Assembly: GCA_051362555.1 (NCBI GenBank)
Contig: CM120644.1
Location: forward strand, 10,872,567-10,936,566
Origin: Lingula anatina
Lineage: Eukaryota; Animalia; Brachiopoda
DNA: 64,000 nucleotides
Direction: 5' to 3'
The position numbers and the translations under genes were made by a program. This document shows positions 28,274 through 40,806 of the stretch, piece by piece. The stretch's first letter is position 1, and each line of letters starts with the position of its first letter. The notes under the pieces are model-generated. The model ran no database searches. It saw only the letters and a list, made by a program, of their open reading frames with translations, and was not told where the DNA came from.

Positions 28274-29314
28274 TGTGTTTTAATTTAAGCACTGTAACAT
28301 ACCACAATATGTCTGCCGTCCTGTGAGCTCCTAACTGTAGCTCCGAACCACTGTCCTGACTTGGACTCGGAGGGGACGTCTGCTGTTCCATTCCAACTTG
28401 TGTCAGCTCCTAAAATAACAAACAAGTTAAACCAAAACTGGCAAAATGAAATCACCTCCAGTTTTTTACGCTTCCAAGCACGCCAAAACGTCATCGCTAT
28501 GTGAAACGTGCCCCCCCCCCCTTCCCCCCTGCAAACCCGAGTTGTAGAACTCAGTGGAAATTAATATTTATTCAACATCCGCATCCCTATGCAGATATAC
28601 TGGCCATCCGAGATTTAATTGCTGTGGTCAATGTAGACTAAATAATTCGGTCTTAAACTCAAGTCAATAGTTTTCGGTCTAAAGCGGATTTGTGCAACCG
28701 GCCGCAGATTTGGTCCTCAAATGACACGTAATGACTCCTTGTTGACGCAGAACACACACTTTAATGCGCAGTATATTGAATTACAAGATGTCTCATTTTG
28801 CGGTGTATGTCCCTGCTCTATTTGATAGTGTTCTCCTCCTCCCTCGGGTCTTCCCCTACAGTTTTACACACAGAATGCTAGAGTGAATATGATCCTGGAA
28901 TTACTCTGTATGAATAGGCGTACAAAGCGGTCGTGTTGTCCTTAGATGACATGGTTACAATAGACGAATACTTTACCTATAACACAGGTGTTAAAGATAG
29001 GACATTGTGCCGCCATTGTGATCTGTTACAGAGGCCCATTTTATCTGACAGTGTTAAGTGCAGCAAAACCAGCCTTCTATCTATACAGACCCACCTTAAT
29101 AATCGACAGTTTTTTTAATGGGAGAATAAACAGATTTATAAATTTGAAAATTTGAAAATGTTTTTATAAGAAAAGGTTTAGGTCTAAGCATTTTGGGAAG
29201 AACTGTGATGTTGTGGGAATTCTTCCCTGTCTACAAAAAGGACAACTCTTACCAATTGTGTTGTTTGAGTAACCCGAACAGACAATGAGAGAGAGAGGGG
29301 GGAGAGAAAGTGCG

Positions 29315-29346
<32 letters not shown>

Positions 29347-32300
29347 GGAGAGATGAGCCAGGTAAGTGTCATAACTCACCCTGCGTATCAAAGGGTATTG
29401 TTTGACAGGATCTATTGTCCATGGGGTTACACATGTACACAGCGCCCCCCTTCTTCACTCCCGGCTGGTTGGTCTGGGACTTGGGAGCACCTATCAACAG
29501 CCTGGAGGAGAAAAAATACATATATAGGCCTACTATTCTATATAATATAGAATAACATCATATGAAATAAGTACTAGTAGACCCCATGATTAGACTTCTT
29601 TTATTATAATGCCGATAATCTTTATACTGTATATCAAAATACTGGACTGAGTCACTGTACAGCACTTCATATAGCCTAAACTGTTTTAACTTTTTCAATA
29701 GCTTTAATTCCTGAATCAAACAAGATTGTTTAAATGTAACCCGAAATTAAAATGGAACTAGTTTTTTTACTTGATTTGCACCCCCCCCCCCCCCCCCCCA
29801 CCAGCCCTTCGATTAAAAATATCACACATTTGGAAACTTGAGAATGACAAAATCTGGTTCTCTCCCATTATATAATAAACCAGTACAAACTACTTTATCA
29901 GCGGCATGTGTGAACAATGCACTAGAAACATATCTAATATCACTGTGAATAGAACAGAATATTCTTATATCTAAGGAATGTAACAAGCTGGAAGTGAAAT
30001 ATATCTAATGTCATTCTGAACAAAGACGATATCTGAATGAAATTATATAAGAGAGAAACGTATTCGATATCTGTACATAGAAGATGAAGTACACAACATA
30101 TCTGATATCATTCTGTTTAAAAGATGTTCATTTGATGCGGGGATGCTCTGATGTAAGGACGGGGCGAATAGGGCTGCGTCCAGCCCCATTTTCATTCAAA
30201 ATTTATTTAATGAAGGTTTATGACTGAGACCTTCCCGTGTATGTCCCTCGCATGATGAAGAAGTTGAGGAAGTAAATGTTTTGGTTTGGCGAAGATAAGA
30301 TTAGTGGCCCTGTATCACTTCTCAATAAGCCAAAATGCTTGCTTATTGTATTAATCCGCCAGTCTTTGAGGTTATATATTTTCAATGATGCGGGCTAAGG
30401 CCACTTTTTTACTCCCTGTAAAGAGTGCTACTACAGTTTTTGCTGAAACCGTCTTGAACGCAGCCAATGACATGCTTGTATGACAATGACATAAGCGCAA
30501 AGTACGAGATGTGTTTATTTCAGTAAATCTTTTAATTTTAAACTCTATACGCGTTGGACATAGACCTTTGGAATTCTTCCAGCAGTTTCTACCGATCTGC
30601 GTACGTAATTAGTGAGTGGTTCTAAGACGATGAAGTTCCGTTGTTGTATATATTGAATTGTGTACGTGACAATGTGGAGAGAGGAGTGGTGAACGTTGCT
30701 CCACCTCTTTGATATTTTCGTTATCTATTGAGTGCTGTATATCCGTTAAAATGCGATAAAGGCAACACTTAAAGGCGTTAGGAAGTCTGATTATGGCAGG
30801 AACGCTTTATTAGTTTATTGCCGAATGAAATAAGATGAATTATGACGTTTCAAAGATATTTGGCAACGCTCGTCTCTCGCGTATAGATGCACTTGCAAGA
30901 AGGGGACACACGCGCCCCCCCTCCCCCCCCCCCCCCCCCCCCCCCACTCTCTCTATTTTTGGGTGTCACAAAAAACATTGCCAATTGTCTTTCACCTGCT
31001 AAAGTGACATTCCACCAGTGATAAATATACTGTTACATGAAACCTTCGTAACTTACCGTTGCGTTTCAGGATACATTAAATGCAACGACTTCAAGCGTAC
31101 CCCTACTTCCATGTACGGTTTTATATCTATATCCGCTCTACTTCAACCTTTTTGAACCCTCTGACTCAGGGTTTAACGGGCGGACACCTGTATGCAAGCT
31201 GCGACCGTCTCTGCTTTAGTTTTAGAACAATTTAAGATAAAACGTTGCTGGACGCGACTGATGTCCTAAGTTTTTCCGTGATTATTGAAAAGTGTGTGGG
31301 GAGGAGGGAGGACTTCTCGTTTTTATTGCGTAAAGAAAGCACCGTAACCGCTCTGCCTTCATTAGCTAGATTTTTACGAAGACATTTGAATTTACAAATT
31401 TACAAATTAAATTTACAAATTAAAATTTACAAGCTGTCGTGCACATTAAGCATCATCAAAAATATAATTCATGACACTTATATTATTTCCCTGGAAAAAT
31501 TAATTAAATTGAGGCAAAACTATTTTGTTTAAAATTTCAGGACCACCGCGCAGAAAAAAATGAAATATAAATATAGCTATATTCTATAGTGAGAGGTGGA
31601 ATTACATAATAGGGCGGGTGGTAGGAAATGTTTGTTAAACATGCAGCTGTCAGTGTCAGGCCTATCTTTCAACACGTATTCTCTCCCTTTTCACACTTCC
31701 CGGCTCTCCTTGAGTGCATTCCAAACCCATCGCGAGCAAATTACAAATTATTCCCAAAAGCCGCTTTAACAACAAGGCAAAAACGACCTGAGTCGAAAAT
31801 CAGTTATTGAACAAATAGTGATTTTATTGAGAAGTGTCGTGGTCAGTTGAAATAAACTTGGGTTTTGAAATCTGACATGGAGGTCACGTATCAGACGAAA
31901 CTCAAACCGATGCTGACGAGGTCACTACGATCGTTTCTCTGGAATTTTATCCACTTGAGCAGGGTCATTAATTAGGATAGTTAACCCCATCCTCCTTCCA
32001 TCTCTTACATTAATAAGGATCATTATCCTGTTGCTGAAAGCTGGACTTGTAGTCAAAGGGTCTCAATTCTTGGTGATACATGCATGGTTGGTTTGAATTT
32101 GTTTAACCTTTTCCGAGACAGCATCTAGTCAAAATCGCGTATCGCTTATTCACAACTCCCCGATCAAGGTCCCAATAGCCAATACTTCAATTTGCGTTGT
32201 TTTGTTTTTCCAAATCTGTGTAAGTGAAACATACTGTGGGGTAAATTGTGATTCAATATTTGTGAAGTGGTCCAAACTGTGAAACAGTAAACTCCGTTTC

Positions 32301-32481
32301 CCTATGTTGGTACCCTTTGGTCATGGGAATATGTCAATGTCAGAATCTTTTTCAACCTGAGTTTTTTTCTTTGCTTTCTTTTTCTTTCTTTCTTACTCAT
32401 TTCCTCATTTCTCTGCAGACGTTTATTGTGTGTGTGTGTGTGTGTGTACGTGCGTGTGTACGTGTGCGTGTGTTTGTGTTT

Positions 32482-32524
<43 letters not shown>

Positions 32525-35500
32525 TGAAAACGAAGCAAAACGACTGAATCTATCAATTTACATCGTCTCTCGCGGCGGGGCTGCTGTGTTAGATTAGCCC
32601 TGCTGTATGCTGTGGGCGGTACAAGCGTTTATCATCGAAACAAGTTCCATCAATGTTCTCACTGTTTCATCTGAGAGCGGCTTTGTTTCTGCCGGGTTTT
32701 CAGCGTTGCTTGAAGACAGTGAGTGTAACGTGTCTACGCCACGTCCTTACTTCTGTGAAAGTTTTCAATGAACACAACCGCCTAGTGCAGAGTCTGCAAT
32801 CTTCTTGTATCACGGCATCCGATTTCCTGTAAATACCGCTTAGGGCTTTTTATTGCCACGTATCATTTTCGCCTGCATGTTACGGTTTAATTTATGTCAT
32901 ATATATTCTCCATCTTGAAATTATTCTAATGCAAAATCTACTCATGTGTCGTGTCTTATGGACAATAGAGTTAGCTTATACAGAAGGTTAAAGTGTCAGA
33001 CTGTTGCATTTTTCCTTTCAACATTTCCCTATAAAGGAATTATGTTATGCAGATCATCCCGTTTTAATTGTCTCATCTCTGTCTGAAGAAAATAATCGGG
33101 AAGTAAAATCGTGGTACACTATACGTGTATATGGACTGAGCCAATAGCTGAATAATCTCCACGTTGCTAGTTGTAGATCCAGATGTTTAAAATTCCATTA
33201 ATTGTATACAAATTCAGAGTTGAACCATATAAACACCAGACAATGTTTTAAAATATGTTTAATGAGTCTGGAACCAGGCCGAAAATCGTTTTAGTTTTAA
33301 CGTCATAGCACAAGAAGTAGATAGTTGCCTCCAGCACCCACCCCCCCCACCTTCCCCCTACCACCACCACCACCAACGCTTACTTTGCAAACCACTTTAC
33401 CCAGGAAGCGCAAATGAGATACACACAGGGAGGGGGGTGCAATAAAGCGTCTACTGTCTTAAGTTAATAGAAAACGGACCATGTAATGTTAAAACCGTCT
33501 CAAACCCGGTTTGAGGTAAGACACCAAAACTAACTCCGATCCTTCGCATAACATTGCAGGGTGGCGGTCCCCGGTACACATTTTTAAAATCGGTCACAGT
33601 TTTCTTGATACATGTCAAATTACTCATGCATACCGACAGCCTTGTTTCATACTGGGTGGATGTCAACATTCGGGTTCAGTTTGCGCTCCTTTTTTTCTTT
33701 ATAATATAATTCTTCATATTGTGATGTAAACCCGGTAGCTGCGAGCGGTTGGGTGCAGAAGACCTCTGCGGTTTCAGGTCACTCGCCCTTAGAACTGTTT
33801 TCTTCCTTTTTGACATTACCGTTTTTGACACTTTTCTTAATCGCAATTTCGTGTAGTTCTAAATAGTGATAAAATATGTGGGCAGGCTAAGGCAACCGAA
33901 TGGGATTTTTTTATTACAATTTTTTATTACAAGAACACATCAATCCTTCTTGATTTCTGAATGCAGTCAAGTTAAATTTAGGTTTTTGCGCTTACCTAAG
34001 ACTCCCACACAGGGGCTTTGAACGTGGTATATTATTACTATTTTACATGTAGTCTGCTCTGTGGAATTGTCCTTTAGAAGGTGTACAGTCATTCACCCCA
34101 TTTCCATAGATAAGATCGACCTAACTCCCTGGGGGTTCACGCTAAATAGCTGTCAGCGGGCCGGACACGAAAGTTAATTACCCCCTTACAGCTTGTAGTA
34201 GGCGGGACGGACATTTAAGTCGGATTATCTGAAAGTAATCTAGTGAGACTCCCCGCGGGGATAGATCGATCTAGAATCTATGGGAATAGAGCCATTGAAG
34301 TCCCTGTGCCTATGTTTAATATTCACTGAACCGAGAGAGATAAGATACAGAGGGCAAGAGAGAGGTGGGTGAGCGATATCGAATACCAACTGATTGCAGT
34401 AGGCATAGATCGAGAAGTATTCTTTGGCGTGGGGACTACGTAGTATTACCTTTGACTGGTCCTGAGTCATGTACCTCCACTAGACGCTGCGATAAACGTA
34501 ATTCCGTAAACAAATGTTGCATATTACACCCAGTTGAATAGCAGACGTTCAACGTCATATAAAACTCAGGATTGAAATTCCTGCCCTTCCATAAGTGATC
34601 AAAATCCGGACAAGCTAACACCCTGTGTGTCAACGAACTGTGCTTTGATATACTGATAACGCAAAACATATTTATTGCGAGTATTCTGACCCTTACACCC
34701 CATTTCCATAGATTAGATCGACCTACTTTAGATCGACCTAACTCCCTGGGGTTCACGCTAAATAGCTGTCAGCCGAGCGGACACGAAAGTTAATTACACC
34801 CTTACAGCTTGTAGTAGGCGGGACGAACATTTAAGTCGGATTATCTGAAAGTAATCTAGTGAGACTCCCCGCGGGGATAGATCGATCTAAAATCTATGGG
34901 AATAGAGCCTTAGTACTCAAGTGAGTTGGAAGTCTTTGTCAGTGTTGTTACCAAATTATGGTTATAAGATTTCAAAGATATCAGAGGAGGTTCCCACCTC
35001 TATGTTTATGTTTATGTAAAAGACAGTCATAAGTTAGTTCAACCTGGAATTCGGAGTTTGCCGAGTTCACATATCAGTGTGTTTATCTTTTTGGGGTTGG
35101 TATTTTGGTCTTTTCTCTTTGAAATAAAAAACGAATTCAGCTTTACCGTCAGAAATCTCTCTATGTATAAAATCACTATCGACAAGGAATGGAAACGAAC
35201 TGAACTCCAGAGGGGAGGATGCCAGAACATGTACAGTAAGCTACATGTGCTGATGAATATCGTTATTGATATTCATGGCATTTGACCCCTCGACACTCAG
35301 GGTGAGCAAACCGCGTGAACCGGAACCTCGGTATTCCTCTCGGCGTTACCGTCGAGTTGTCAGGAAGCGTGTTTGTGTTTACTCTCCTCAGGGGGCGGGG
35401 TCATCTTGACCATCCGCACGTGTCTTTCCAGCGGGTGTTTAGGCATGATTGCCGCAGTCAATACCGATGACATCTTTCTTAATGCTGCTCCATTGCATAT

Positions 35501-36919
35501 TTAATTTATGATATAAGGATGGAATAATACTTTCAAGGCATTACGCATCATCGAAATCTAGTTAGACACGTGGTGCGTCCCCACTTAATGGAACAAACGA
35601 CTCTTATGTTAATTTTAATAAATAATTAATTGGTCGTTATGCAGCTGATCCAATTTCTTGTCTCAGCACGCAATTCTGTACTACAGAAATCTTGACATGA
35701 CCTAGTCGCCCTGAATTTCAAAGGGAACTGGAATCTCCCCTCCGCCTTACTCTCTACCAGCGGCCAGCTGGGTGATGCCGTCAATTTTTTTCCTTTTGCA
35801 AAAAAAATTCTCTGCACAGTGCAGAATAGTGCAGAGGAAAAGCCAGAGAAATAATGTGACTTCCAAGTTCCTAGTGAAAAATAATTCTCTTTGACCCTGC
35901 ATCTCTCTTGTACCTCTGCTTCAGTATATTGAAAAAACAGAGGTAAGCTGATAGTAGAGCTGTATGTAGCCATTGTCTTTTGAACTTCAGGGTGCTGATA
36001 GAGGAATTCATGAGGAAATTTGCTAGTCCGGTCTCTGCTCTGAGAGGAAGGGAGGGAGGGGGAGGAAACCTGGGTTATAAAGTGGTACGGGAAACTTGGA
36101 CTACTTCTTAATATCTTCATACCGTGATACTTCTACATGCTTCGCTAATATTAAACACTTGGCCTGTTACTCGTGATCGACACTATTTCTACTTGCCATT
36201 GTATTTAATTTTAGATTGAAAATAACCATAGAGACAAGATTTTTATCAGAAAAAAGGCGTTTTGAAAATTGCTGCACCTCCTTATCCATGCCAATCCAGA
36301 TGTGCCATATAAAGAATATACAGTAACGACGAGCGATAGGAAAATAATTATTCTGATTTCTGATTGGGTTTATGAGGTTAAAAATTCAATTGCGACTGCG
36401 GCATCCAATCAAGGATATCCCGCACAAAAACGAAGTAGATACTACAGCGCAGTAGACTACTGCAATCATACTGCAAACATGCTTCAAATCTGCTTCGAAG
36501 TGGGAGCTAATTAGCATATTTGAAACATGCTTCTATCATGCTGCTAATCTACTGCATTAATGCTCCTCCTCTGTACAACCCTATGTAATTTTTGAAGTAG
36601 AATTGCAGTAGACTATACTGCATTTCTACTGCAAATATGCTCCACACCTCTACTGCGTTAATGCTTCTTTGCTACTTCGATACTACTGCATTTTCGTGCG
36701 GGATGCGCCATATAATTACAGACAAATGGCATTATCCGTTATAAAAATGAGGTCAGCCCGGAAGAATCATTGTGGATGAGTTTGGTTGAGGGGGGGGGGG
36801 GGAGGGAGAGGGTCAGGGAATGCAGTGAGTGGAGAGGATCGGGGTGGGGGCGCTAAGAAACGGAAAAACGAATATTTGACATTGTTTTTACTGATATGTC
36901 AAAATCGTAAGACAAGTCA

Positions 36920-36960
<41 letters not shown>

Positions 36961-37234
36961 CGCAGCTCTAGGCTAGGGAGCGTAGAGACAGCGGGAGTGA
37001 AGATAAGATTATACGAATTTATTTAGATTAATTAAAAGCACTGGGCACTCACCATTTAACATTGTTGGCGTCGTCCACATGTTCAGCCACTGAGAACCCG
37101 AACATCACGTCCGGCTCTCCGGTGTAGATCGTCGCCGTCCGGAGATCCACGTTGAAACATCCCAGTAAGGGAAAATCAGTGAATAATAAGCAGCATATAA
37201 ATTCCAGGAGAACAAGTTTTCTGTGAATTTCCAT
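273..37234 (-). CDS. Integrin alpha subunit, RGD-binding clade (alphaPS2/PAT-2/alphaV/alpha5/alpha8-like), no I-domain; multi-exon, 3' end outside window
   Basis: Exons joined in frame by hand: 37053-37234, 29380-29501, 28303-28409, 27927-28047, (26492-26574 or 25505-25563), 18551-18599, 15209-15295, 11804-11892, 11380-11486, 9316-9418, 8711-8819, 8156-8253, 7747-7883, 7225-7335, 6791-6846, 6282-6427, 2431-2562, 2188-2255, 1661-1802, 1140-1232, 659-738, 273-362. Protein shows signal peptide + mature FNVD start, FG-GAP blades ([81 protein letters not shown]), RSRP, genu [11 protein letters not shown], calf-1 NSGEDAYE and CDVGNPL. Confidence 0.95.
659..738 (-). CDS. Integrin alpha exon 21
   Basis: [27 protein letters not shown]; ccccag / gtacag. 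Confidence 0.87.
1096..1133. repeat. (CA)n microsatellite (others at 4441-4495, 25843-25907, 28238-28278, 54220-54250)
   Basis: Direct reading. Confidence 0.95.
1140..1232 (-). CDS. Integrin alpha exon 20
   Basis: [31 protein letters not shown]. Confidence 0.92.
1288..1433. repeat. Pentanucleotide array alternating (ATATT)n and (AATAT)n blocks
   Basis: Direct reading; adjacent blocks are reverse complements of each other. Confidence 0.9.
1661..1802 (-). CDS. Integrin alpha exon 19 (calf-1)
   Basis: [47 protein letters not shown]. Confidence 0.92.
2188..2255 (-). CDS. Integrin alpha exon 18 (genu)
   Basis: [23 protein letters not shown]. Confidence 0.92.
2431..2562 (-). CDS. Integrin alpha exon 17
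   Basis: [18 protein letters not shown]...[16 protein letters not shown]. Confidence 0.9.
6282..6427 (-). CDS. Integrin alpha exon 16
   Basis: [20 protein letters not shown]...[10 protein letters not shown]; phases fit neighbouring exons. Confidence 0.85.
6605..6680. repeat. (AT)n microsatellite (others at 8445-8500, 51422-51485)
   Basis: Direct reading. Confidence 0.95.
6791..6846 (-). CDS. Integrin alpha exon 15
   Basis: [19 protein letters not shown]; ttgcag / gtgaga. Confidence 0.88.
7225..7335 (-). CDS. Integrin alpha exon 14 (thigh start)
   Basis: [38 protein letters not shown]. Confidence 0.9.
7747..7883 (-). CDS. Integrin alpha exon 13
   Basis: [46 protein letters not shown]. Confidence 0.93.
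8156..8253 (-). CDS. Integrin alpha exon 12 (probable GC donor)
   Basis: [33 protein letters not shown]|gcaagt. Confidence 0.88.
8711..8819 (-). CDS. Integrin alpha exon 11
   Basis: [36 protein letters not shown]. Confidence 0.92.
9316..9418 (-). CDS. Integrin alpha exon 10
   Basis: [34 protein letters not shown]. Confidence 0.93.
9478..9692. mobile_element. Fold-back element / MITE with ~65-bp inverted arms
   Basis: aattattgtttttctttttat.aagagcttataaaatatgta..ttacctccaatatttct at left and its reverse complement at ~9623-9692. Confidence 0.75.
11380..11486 (-). CDS. Integrin alpha exon 9
   Basis: [36 protein letters not shown]. Confidence 0.93.
11804..11892 (-). CDS. Integrin alpha exon 8
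   Basis: [30 protein letters not shown]. Confidence 0.92.
12408..12635. mobile_element. MITE family 1, subfamily b (degraded copy)
   Basis: Aligns with the reverse complement of 40807-41052 (gatcgatccatctcc, ctaaacgataattaattaccccc, gatagatcgatccacag). Confidence 0.75.
15209..15295 (-). CDS. Integrin alpha exon 7 (DDSYLG, RGD-Arg-binding Asp region)
   Basis: [30 protein letters not shown]; ttacag / gtaagt. Confidence 0.92.
15663..15887. mobile_element. MITE family 1 (PIF/Harbinger-like), internal region inverted relative to the 16370 copy
   Basis: TAA-gaccccatttcc...gggaatacaccc-TAA; reverse complement matches 16370-16584. Confidence 0.8.
16370..16584. mobile_element. MITE family 1 (PIF/Harbinger-like)
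   Basis: Imperfect TIRs (..ATTCCCAGAG / CTCTGGGAAT..), subterminal AGATCGATCT palindromes; near-identical to the 34.1 and 34.7 kb copies. Confidence 0.8.
17936..18190. mobile_element. MITE with ~75-bp imperfect TIRs
   Basis: ggcac..aatgatcc.gaatt..c.gtagatcggaccac.cta.c..ttttcaa at left, reverse complement at right. Confidence 0.75.
18353..18505. mobile_element. Small Harbinger-like MITE remnant
   Basis: CAG-GGCCCC...GGGCC-CAG ends; weak internal inverted symmetry (aagcat / atgctt). Confidence 0.5.
18551..18599 (-). CDS. Integrin alpha exon 6
   Basis: [17 protein letters not shown]; cttag / gtaagt. Confidence 0.92.
21316..21655. mobile_element. Non-autonomous TTAA-targeting DNA transposon (Kolobok-like termini)
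   Basis: Perfect 19-bp TIR AGGGATAATAACTCTTCGT flanked by TTAA on both sides. Confidence 0.85.
25505..25563 (-). CDS. Integrin alpha alternative exon 5b (PS2-like ancestral form)
   Basis: ttccag|..(S)[19 protein letters not shown]|gttagt; phase 1 in, phase 0 out; [15 protein letters not shown] matches my recollection of alphaPS2-type integrins. Confidence 0.88.
25991..26102 (-). promoter_or_regulatory. Intronic splicing-regulatory motif cluster between exons 5a and 5b
   Basis: On the pre-mRNA strand: 3x UGCAUG (26097-26102, 26035-26040, 26024-26029), a GCAUG (26065-26069), a UGCUUGCUUGCUGCCUGC YGCY run, UACUAAU (26003-26009) and UACUAAC (25991-25997). Confidence 0.6.
26492..26574 (-). CDS. 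Integrin alpha alternative exon 5a (duplicated, probably mutually exclusive with 5b)
   Basis: catcag|..(S)[27 protein letters not shown]|gtaagt; phase 1 in, phase 0 out; homologous to 5b. Confidence 0.8.
27927..28047 (-). CDS. Integrin alpha exon 4
   Basis: [40 protein letters not shown]; ttccag / gtgagt. Confidence 0.93.
28303..28409 (-). CDS. Integrin alpha exon 3
   Basis: [36 protein letters not shown], ag/gt boundaries, in phase. Confidence 0.92.
29380..29501 (-). CDS. Integrin alpha exon 2
   Basis: ctccag|..[42 protein letters not shown]..|gtgagt. Confidence 0.92.
34094..34293. mobile_element. MITE family 1 copy
   Basis: Near-identical to 34695-34909 and 16370-16584. Confidence 0.8.
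34695..34909. mobile_element. MITE family 1 copy
   Basis: TTA-flanked at both ends; near-identical to 34094-34293. Confidence 0.8.
36419..36702. mobile_element. Non-autonomous element with CCC termini, 2-bp AT flanks and internal TACTGCA repeats (CMC/EnSpm-like)
   Basis: TIR CCCGCAC(A/G)AAAA(C/T)G(A/C)AGTAG; repeated tactgca/tgcagta motifs inside. Confidence 0.7.
37053..37234 (-). CDS. Integrin alpha coding exon 1 (signal peptide, FNVD.., blade 1 start)
   Basis: [52 protein letters not shown]; donor TG|gtgagt. Confidence 0.93.
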
Positions 37235-38876
37235 CTTGCTGTATGATGATAGTGGTGATGCTGTTAACGACTTGGTGGTGGTAATGGTAATATGGTGATG
37301 ACGATGTTGTTGTCTAGTGGGCGTTGTTAACGGGGAGTATAGTATAGATCCAATGCGCTGCCCACTGCCTTGACCAAATGCCCAATGTCCGATCTGTGAA
37401 TGGTTCTTGAGGTGCTACAGCTTTAATACATAAACCAACCTCTGTCAATAGATTTCAAACAATTTCCCAGAAAAAATATTTTTTAAATTAAATTGTGGCT
37501 TACTCAAGAAATGAATGAATTGTGTAACGGAGGAAAAAGCAGGAATACCGGTACCGGTCAGCTCAAACCTGCAATATTGACCGATGTCCGACTTTGGCCA
37601 GCGTGCAGCTGAAGAGGTATAAGTGATAGCCGGAATAATTTCCCCGAAATATCGTAGCCTTGCTGTGGTTACCTAATGAATTAATGAAGGCGAGTTTTGA
37701 TTACCTTTGAAGAGCAGGGTATAAATATCAAGAGTGAATACCTGGGTTCTCTGCTAGAATATCCTGGCCCTGAACTGCTGCTGTGAAAAATCCGGTGTCG
37801 CTTTGAGAAAGAATCCCAGATGCTTTGATATTGCTCTCACACGTGTATTCCTAGTCTTGTCTATGGTAGAATATAGAAATATACGATATCCACTAATATT
37901 GACGCTCTGTTTAGATTAATTATTTTCCCTTGTTAAAATGTATAGCTGTTATCTTGAGGAGAACATTTAAGTTTGATAAACTCTCCGTTTCACAAGAAGG
38001 CTAGATGTCCTAGTGTCCTTTTTCGATATCAATTCGTTTTTGAAAAGACTATCCCCTTTTTCTTAGATTCTCCTGCTTTAGCTAGCTCATCAACGTAGTC
38101 ATCCGCAGAAAGAGTCAGTAAACATGTGTAAAGAATCCTTTCCTGAACGACCCCAGTCACTGCAGACACTCACCGTTTCCGACCTCTTCCTCTGAGTCAG
38201 TCTTAAGTCGACTAAAGAGGGGTGACAGCTTGTATTGTCCAGTGACTTACCAAAGCAACACTTGCTTCCTGTATCAATCTTTAGTAGTGTAGGTAGTGCT
38301 TAAAATTCAATGCTGATGTAATTTGATGTCCTCTTGGTTCTTTTATCTCCAGTGTGTCGCCACAGAGGCTAGATAGCAAAGACGGCTAATTACATAAGAG
38401 CAGGAACCACCGGCACGGAAGTATTGTTCTTCGTTAAGTAGTCTTTTACTGTCTTCCGTCTCGACGCAAAACTGAAAAAAGTAAAGTATACCTTACCGTG
38501 ACCTTAGTCAAGTTCCCACATGAGTGATTCGGTATAATACACGGGCATTCTTTACACACGATATCTTAAGTTAACAGACACACAAAACAGGTTCTTTTGC
38601 ATACATTGCGGTTAGTTTTCGCACTCCCATGCCATATATCTAGGTCACCTGACGTATTAATGTTTACAAGCTGAATGATGGACGTTAATGATGTAATGAA
38701 TTTATGTTGATACGGTCGGTGATTGGCGGCGAGGTGGGGGGGGGGGGGGGTGATAGGAGTTATATTTCAGAGTTATATTTTGTGATTGACTTTTTTTGTT
38801 GACATAATACCACGCATGAAATTTTGGCTGAAATGCTGAATACTTACGTTGTTTACAACCATTGCAGACACACACA

Positions 38877-38914
<38 letters not shown>

Positions 38915-40111
38915 AAGCATTGTGATGATTCACATTCTTGAGTCTTGAGGTGTCACAAATGAAAGAAGTATGTAGAAGTGGTTACCCTTAATGCACATGT
39001 ATGATGAAAATTATAATTGATTCGAGAGTAGATGCGTTATAAAAAAAAAAGATGACGAGTCAAAAGCAAGAATGGGGGTATAGAGGGAGATCAGTCATCA
39101 AAAAATCCTGTTCCGGCGGTTTAGCCTATTTCTCAATGTTTGATTAAGTCGCTCTACCTGAACGTGATGTGAACGCGGCGGAATAATCGCTTTCACCAGT
39201 TTTGCGGTGGAGATGATTCACCTCTCGGGGGGGTCAGTAATTAAAGAATTATGTTTTAATACATACGGAAATAGGATGGCCAACATTTCATGTCTATATA
39301 CGGGTTAATCAGGATGTGTACCCGATAAACCGTCGTTGTTTATTTTTATGACGGTTGATAGAGCGTGTTTGTTGTTAGAAATCTGTGAAAGACAGCGAGA
39401 GCGTTGTACTTAGTGTAAACATGGAAGACCGGTTTTCGCTGTAACCCGACGGGACGCCGCTGAAAAGTAAGATAGGCACGCATGTGCTGTGCAAATGTTG
39501 CTGAAAATAAATATATTATAAATATGGCGGTGGTTGACTATTATAGAAGGGTTACGGGGAGGGGGGGGGGTAAATCAAAGCAAAACTAAACATTCAAATG
39601 GTACAAGTATATGAGCATACATGTGGAAGTTTACTAACATACAGTATACATGTAAACCGAGTATAAGGTACGTAATGTTAGAGATGTTAAGGAACACGAA
39701 CATACATATATTTGTGCATTATTTACTTTCCTGGTCTTCTTATTGGCATCAAGATGTCAAAATTGTGCACCTGAAGGGGTGGTATTCTTGAAAAGCCAGT
39801 CCCACTGGGGCCAGTCCCAGTATCACAGAGCATACGTCATCGTTGTTAACAGGGAGTAGAAGACGAGATTCATTTTTCTATGTAAATGCCCGTACTGCAA
39901 GAATCACAGCCAGACTGCGCCCCCCCCCCTCCCACACACACAAATTAACCCACGTACACACACCCGCAACACCCCAACAGGTATTGTTGAAAATTTCAAT
40001 TACATTATAATGAAAATGATGCCAAAACTGCAAAAGCTCTTGCTAGATATGTAGAGCCATGCCTAAGAGAAAGAAATTTGGTTGCCTGCTAGACAGCATA
40101 TAAAGTCATCT

Positions 40112-40152
<41 letters not shown>

Positions 40153-40806
40153 CTTATTTTAGATTTCATATTTAGTGTTTTTTTAAGGTTGATGAATAGT
40201 CACATGAGCAGATGTTGTCCCTGTTGGATACAAGGAATATGAATGTTTGCGTTTTATTTATTACCTTGTCTAACCCCAGGTAAGTCATCGCCTTGATTAA
40301 GTGGCTTTGTTTACTAACTACATTGAGTAAGCGAAGGATTTGCTACATTCGTGACACAGAGTTGTGATTGCGATAGCTGCGCGGATGAATGGATTGCGCT
40401 GGATGAGACATTTACGTGAACGCAAGTCAACAACAGCAGTGTGCAACCCTAACATCCAGAAAAATGGTTTAAAAGGAAAGAAATAAGCAAATGGAAATAA
40501 AATAGTGAAAATCACATTTAGAATATTCATTTAAATTGCGATAAATAAAATTGATTGTGATGAGCTTAAACTAATGGAGAAATTCCCAATCATATCATTT
40601 CTTTGGTGCGCTAACTTTCTCTCTCCCGCTTTCAAACTCTCTCCTTTTATCCTCCTTTTTTATATTAATGCATGTATCATATGGGGTGCCTTTGATTAAC
40701 TACCTTTACAAAGTGAAGTGTTTTTTTTCCACAACGTGCTAAACTTCCGCGGTGGCGGGAGCCATTAATAGAGAGACAGTTTCTTCCAATTTCGGAGGAC
40801 CCTGGC

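Noticed and set aside
35626-36120. 164-aa ORF on - strand inside integrin intron 1
   Set aside because: No recognisable motif or convincing splice boundaries; likely chance (could be a non-coding element).
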